The notes under the pieces are model-generated. The model had not been told where the DNA came from. It searched no databases and was given only the letters and a program-made list of their open reading frames with translations. Positions 59,478-64,000 of a DNA stretch of 64,000 nt are shown here, piece by piece (position 1 is the first letter of the stretch; every line of letters begins with the position of its first letter). This DNA is from Lama glama. Its lineage: Eukaryota. The stretch spans positions 71,116,001 through 71,180,000 of the forward strand of contig CM052817.1 of the NCBI GenBank assembly GCA_028534125.1. The letters run 5' to 3'. The position numbers and the translations under genes were made by a program.

Positions 59478-61909
59478 CAAAAACAATAAGCTACTTAGGA
59501 GTAAACCTACCGAAGGAGGTAAAAAGGCCTGCGTTTGGGAAACTATAAGACACCGATGAAAGAAACTGAAGATGACAAAAACAGATGGAAAGATATACCA
59601 TGTTCTTGGACTGGAAGAATTAATATTGTTAAAATGGCCATACAACCCAAGACAATCTACAGATTCAATACAATCTGTATAAAAATGCCTTTTTTCCCAG
59701 AACTAGAACAAATAATCTTAAAATTTGTACAGAAACACAAAAGACCCTGAAGGGCCAAAACAGTCTTGACAACAGAGCTGAATCACATGCCCTGACTTCA
59801 GACTATACTACAATACTACGGTAGTCAAAACAGTGTGGTACTGGCACAAAAACAGACACATAGATCAATGGAACAGGATAGAAAGTCCAGAAATAAACCT
59901 ACACACTTATGGTCAATTAATCTATGAAAAAAGAGGCAAGAATATACAATGGAGAAAAGACAGTCTTCAATAAGTGGTGCTGGGAAAACTGGACAGCTAC
60001 TTGTAAAAGAATGAAATTAGCACATTCTTGTTACACCGAACATTCTTTGACATAAATCACACCAATATTTTTTTCTGATTCGTCTCCTAAAGCTAAGGAA
60101 ACAAAAGTAAAAATAAATAAATGGAACCTAATTAAACTGAAAAGTTTTTGCACAGCAAAGGAAACCATTGACAAAATGAAAAAACAATCTACTGAATGGG
60201 AGAAGATATTTGCAAATGATATGACCCATAAGGGGTTAATAGCCAACATGCATAAACAGCTCAACATCAAAAATCAAACAACCCAATTAAAAAATGGGGA
60301 GAACTGAATACACTTTTTTTTGTGGGTTCTGTCTGGCAGAAGTCCCACTAAGACAGAATGAATTAATCGAGACTCTGTGGAAAGTCAAGAGAGCGAGAGG
60401 GAGTCAGGGATCAGCTTCACGAGCCTCTCAAATGCTCCCACATTTATTATGTACAATCAAAGGAAAAATCACCAATAGTTGTGTCATGGGATGTAGAAGC
60501 TTAAGGAAAGACAGAACCCTGTAGAGATTATAGAATCCACAATGAGTACAAAGGCTTAACTAATCTTCAGGACAGACATGGGGAGAGGGGAACAAGGTAC
60601 ACTCTTCAGACATAAGATGTTGATTACAAAACAGACAACCAGACCAGCCAATTCCTTGCCTTGGGCATTACAGACTATTTAAACAGCAGAAATCATGCCC
60701 AGTGTTTATAGCTGAGGGCAAAGGTCTTTGCAACAAGAAGAGTAAACCCTAAACTATGGACCTATGCTTAAAACAAGCCATGTCCTTTGTTTATAGCAAG
60801 GGACACAAAATGGCTTTGCCATTGGAAGCAGCCCTAAGCTAGAACCTCAACTATGCAAGCAAGGCATTGTCTCTGCTTTTTACAGCAAGGAGACAGGAGT
60901 GCAGATGCACCAGCACCTGATAGCAAAGCACATTTGTTTTTCCTAAAGGTCACAAGCGGCTGGGGTCTGTTACAATTTATTAACCCAATCATGGGCTCCC
61001 ACAATTTTTCCAAAGAGGAAATGGAGATGGTCAACAGGCATATGAAAAGATGCTCAATATCACTAATTATCAGGGAAATACAAATCAAAATCACAATGTC
61101 ACCTCACACCTGTCGAAATGGCTTTCATTAAAAGACCACAAATGATAAATGTTGGCAAGGATGTGGAGAAAAGGGACCCTTGTACACTGTTGGTGGGAAT
61201 GTAAATTGGTGTAGCCACTATGGAAGATAGTATGGAAGTTTCTCAAAAAACTAAAAACAGAACTACAACATGACTCAGCAATTCCACTCCTGGGTATATA
61301 TCTGAAAGAAACAAAAATACTAATTCAAAAAGATACATGTACCCCAATGTTCATAAGCAGCATTGTTTACAATAGCCAAGGTATTCAAGCAACCTAAGTA
61401 TCCATCAACAGATGAACAGATAAAGATGATGTGATACACACACACACACACACCACACACACACAGTGGAATACTACTTAGCCATAAAAATGAAATTTTA
61501 CTACTTGCAGCAACATGGATGGACTTGGAGGGTATTATGTTAACTGAAATAAGTCAAAGAAGGACAAATGCTGTGTGATATGTGTGGAATTTAAAAAATA
61601 CAACAAACTAATGAACAAAACAAAAAAAGAAGCAGACTCACACGCAGGTATAGAGAACAAACTAGTGGTTACCAGTGGGGAGAGGGAAGGGAGGAGGGGC
61701 AAAATAGGGGTAAAGGATTAAAAGCTAGAAACTATTATGTAAAAAGTAAGCTATAAGGATATATTGTATAACACTGGGAATATAGCTGATACTTTATAAT
61801 AACTATAAATGAAGTATAACCTTCAAAAATTGTGAATCACTATACTGTATACCTGTTAAAATATAACACTGTACATCAGCTATGCTTCAAAAACAATTCA
61901 GTAAAAAAA
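59478..61909 (+). mobile_element. 5'-truncated L1 (end of ORF2 plus 3'UTR), split by an LTR at 60321-61003
   Basis: ORF2 peptide [54 protein letters not shown] resumes after the LTR; contains (CA)n at ~61437-61464. Confidence 0.92.
60321..61003 (-). mobile_element. Solo LTR (683 bp, ERV2/ERVK-like) inserted in L1
   Basis: Perfect TGTGGG...CCCACA inverted termini; T-rich ~6-bp target duplication (imperfect); TATAAA (60705-60710) and AATAAA (60443-60448) on -. Confidence 0.8.
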
Positions 61910-61920
61910 CAGTCACACCA

Positions 61921-62105
61921 ACAAGATTGTACTGTGTAAGCATAGGGAAATATATACAGGATCTTGTGGGGGCTCACAGCGAAACAGAATGTGACAATGA
62001 ATGTATGTATGTTCATGTATAACTGAAAAATTGTACTCTACACTGGAACTTGACACAACATTGTAAAATGACTATAACTCAATAAAAAAAAAGTTTAAAA
62101 AAAAA
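61921..62105 (+). mobile_element. Young 5'-truncated L1 3' end with TSD TCACACCA
   Basis: TSD at 61913-61920 and 62106-62113; AATAAA plus A tail; same family as 31811-32101. Confidence 0.85.
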
Positions 62106-62669
62106 TCACACCAGCTTGGGAAAAAAAATCTCCCTTATACGGTGGTTGTGATGATTGAGTTAAATTACTGTACTCAGAACATTATCTGGCTTATGAAGAG
62201 CTCAATAAATTATTTTATTGCCACCATCTTAGGTTAACTGAAAGCAGACCTTTGCCTTCTTTTGGTTTCCCCTTTCTGAGCAGTTACTTAGTGTATAGTA
62301 GGTGCTCAGTAAATATTTATTCATTGAATGAGATTCAGGGTCCCTGTACTCTGACCTTCATCCAGTTTGAATGCGTTATCTGACCACCAGCGCTTTCTGG
62401 CCTTTCGCCTAGTTTTCAGGCTCTTCTCTGCTTGAGTCCTGAAAACACTCCCTCTGTAGAAGCGGAACACCATTTATCTAAAAGGAGCTGATGGAATTTT
62501 TTTTTCCCCTGAGTATCTTGTTATCTCAGAATACTGTATTGCTTTTATAGCAACAAAATATATAATTTCAAAGTAAGATTTTGTCTACCTTAAGACAAAT
62601 GCAAAGCATTAGGATACTTATTTCAGTTATGAATGTTTAGTTTTTGCCTTTTAAAGCAATAGCTGGGGT

Positions 62670-63095
62670 GATCCCAGTAAAAAGGGGAAGTACCTGGGAT
62701 TGGGAAACAGGCTGCCAAGGTTCTAATCCTGACTCCACCATTTTATCAGCTGGGAGACATTGGTAAGTAAGGCAATTTAACCTCTCCCAGCTTCAAATTC
62801 TTCTCTGTAAAACGGGGACCAAATTTACTCAATCGTTTTTGAGACAGTAACTGCCAACAGGAAGTTTTCAGCACATTATTTTTAGCTGAAGATTACCTAG
62901 ACCAGTTCTCAAAGTGTGGTCTCTGAAGCAGCAGATTGAACGTCATCTGGGAACACACTAGAAATACAAACTCTTGAGACCTGCAGAGTCAGACCTACTG
63001 AGTGAGAAACTGGGGGTGGTGTCCAGCAGCATATTTTAACAAGCCCTCCAGTGACTGTGCTGCATGCTTTTGTCTGAGACACAGACTACTTAGAC
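62670..63095. mobile_element. MIR fragment (~62670-62820) followed by a MER5A-like MITE (~62900-63095)
   Basis: ggttctaatcctgactccacc ... tctgtaaaacgggg; gttctcaaagtgtggtc ... ttttaacaagccctccagtga. Confidence 0.6.
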
Positions 63096-64000
63096 TCCTA
63101 CCAAGCAATCTCTTCCTTTTCAAAGAAAACAAAACAACCCAAAGCAAATCCATATTATTAAAATAATTAAGATATACTAAAGACCAAAAGTTAACTGACA
63201 GGATGGCTTGATTCTTGCCATTATGAATAGTCACTTTTATGGAATTTACTGAAACTGAAGATCTTAGCAACTGTTACCTATCCAAGGAATGAAATTTATG
63301 GAATAAAATTCAGAGATAACTCTTTTAACACTTAAACTTTAGCCTTTTTTTCAGTGTTTATCCCACCAAACCTTGTTTTTTTCTGTATGAATCACAGAAA
63401 TACCAAATTTCTATAATTCTAATTCCTACACTTAAGAAAACCTGACAGCCAACAAAGAAATGTTTGTAGAGTTGTCAGCAAGACTTCAAAGGATGCTCTG
63501 GAAACCTAACAAGTCCAAGACAAGAAAGCGTGCCATCACTGTGGCCTGTATGCAAAGCTGATGCTGCTGACCCGGTTTTAGTTATTTTCATTGGTAACTA
63601 TTTTTCATATACTGGTTGTACCAATTCAGTGAGGAAAAACAGCAAACTAAAGGGGCTATTCCAATTATTATAGCCGGGAGTTATATAAGACTTGAATGAA
63701 AAGATTGCAGGCAATACCTGTTAGTTTTGAACAGTACAATGTAGTACATGTGGCAGGATCTTACCAAGTAGGTTTCATTCTACTCCCCAAAGTTACTGAA
63801 GTCAGTCTCCTAAAGAGTTTTTTTTATAGAGACTCCCTTGTTTTCATTTTGTTAGATGTCATTCTAGTTTTGCACCAGGATAAAATAATGACCATTTTGA
63901 CCTTCTGATAATCTTGTTTTTCTATAAATACTGACAGAAATCCAACCTTTTCATTTTAGGGAGAGGTAGTTATAAGCTAACAAAACAACTTTTTAATTAG

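Overview
Mammalian genomic DNA, most likely a camelid (alpaca/camel), judged from six copies of a tRNA-derived SINE of the Vic-1 type. It holds two convergent multi-exon genes. On the + strand is MCUB/CCDC109B, the dominant-negative paralog of the mitochondrial calcium uniporter: coding exons 2-4 and 6-8 are readable (25559-43505), exon 1 lies outside the readable sequence, and exon 5 is almost entirely inside a 100-N gap. On the - strand is a complete CASP6 (7 coding exons, 882 nt, 293 aa, 58163->45040) with a CpG-island promoter. The rest is intronic or intergenic, with L1, L2, MIR, MaLR/ERV solo LTRs, Tigger/MER DNA transposons, SINEs and three assembly gaps. I see no convincing new biological system. 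The best leads are a degenerate ~33-bp array in CASP6 intron 1 split by a solo LTR, inverted SINEs around a stop-free 321-nt MCUB exon 6-7 block, an overlapping two-strand poly(A) signal between the genes, p53 half-sites in CASP6 intron 3, and an intronic CpG-rich old LTR. Repeat family names come from recall of consensus sequences, not from a database search.
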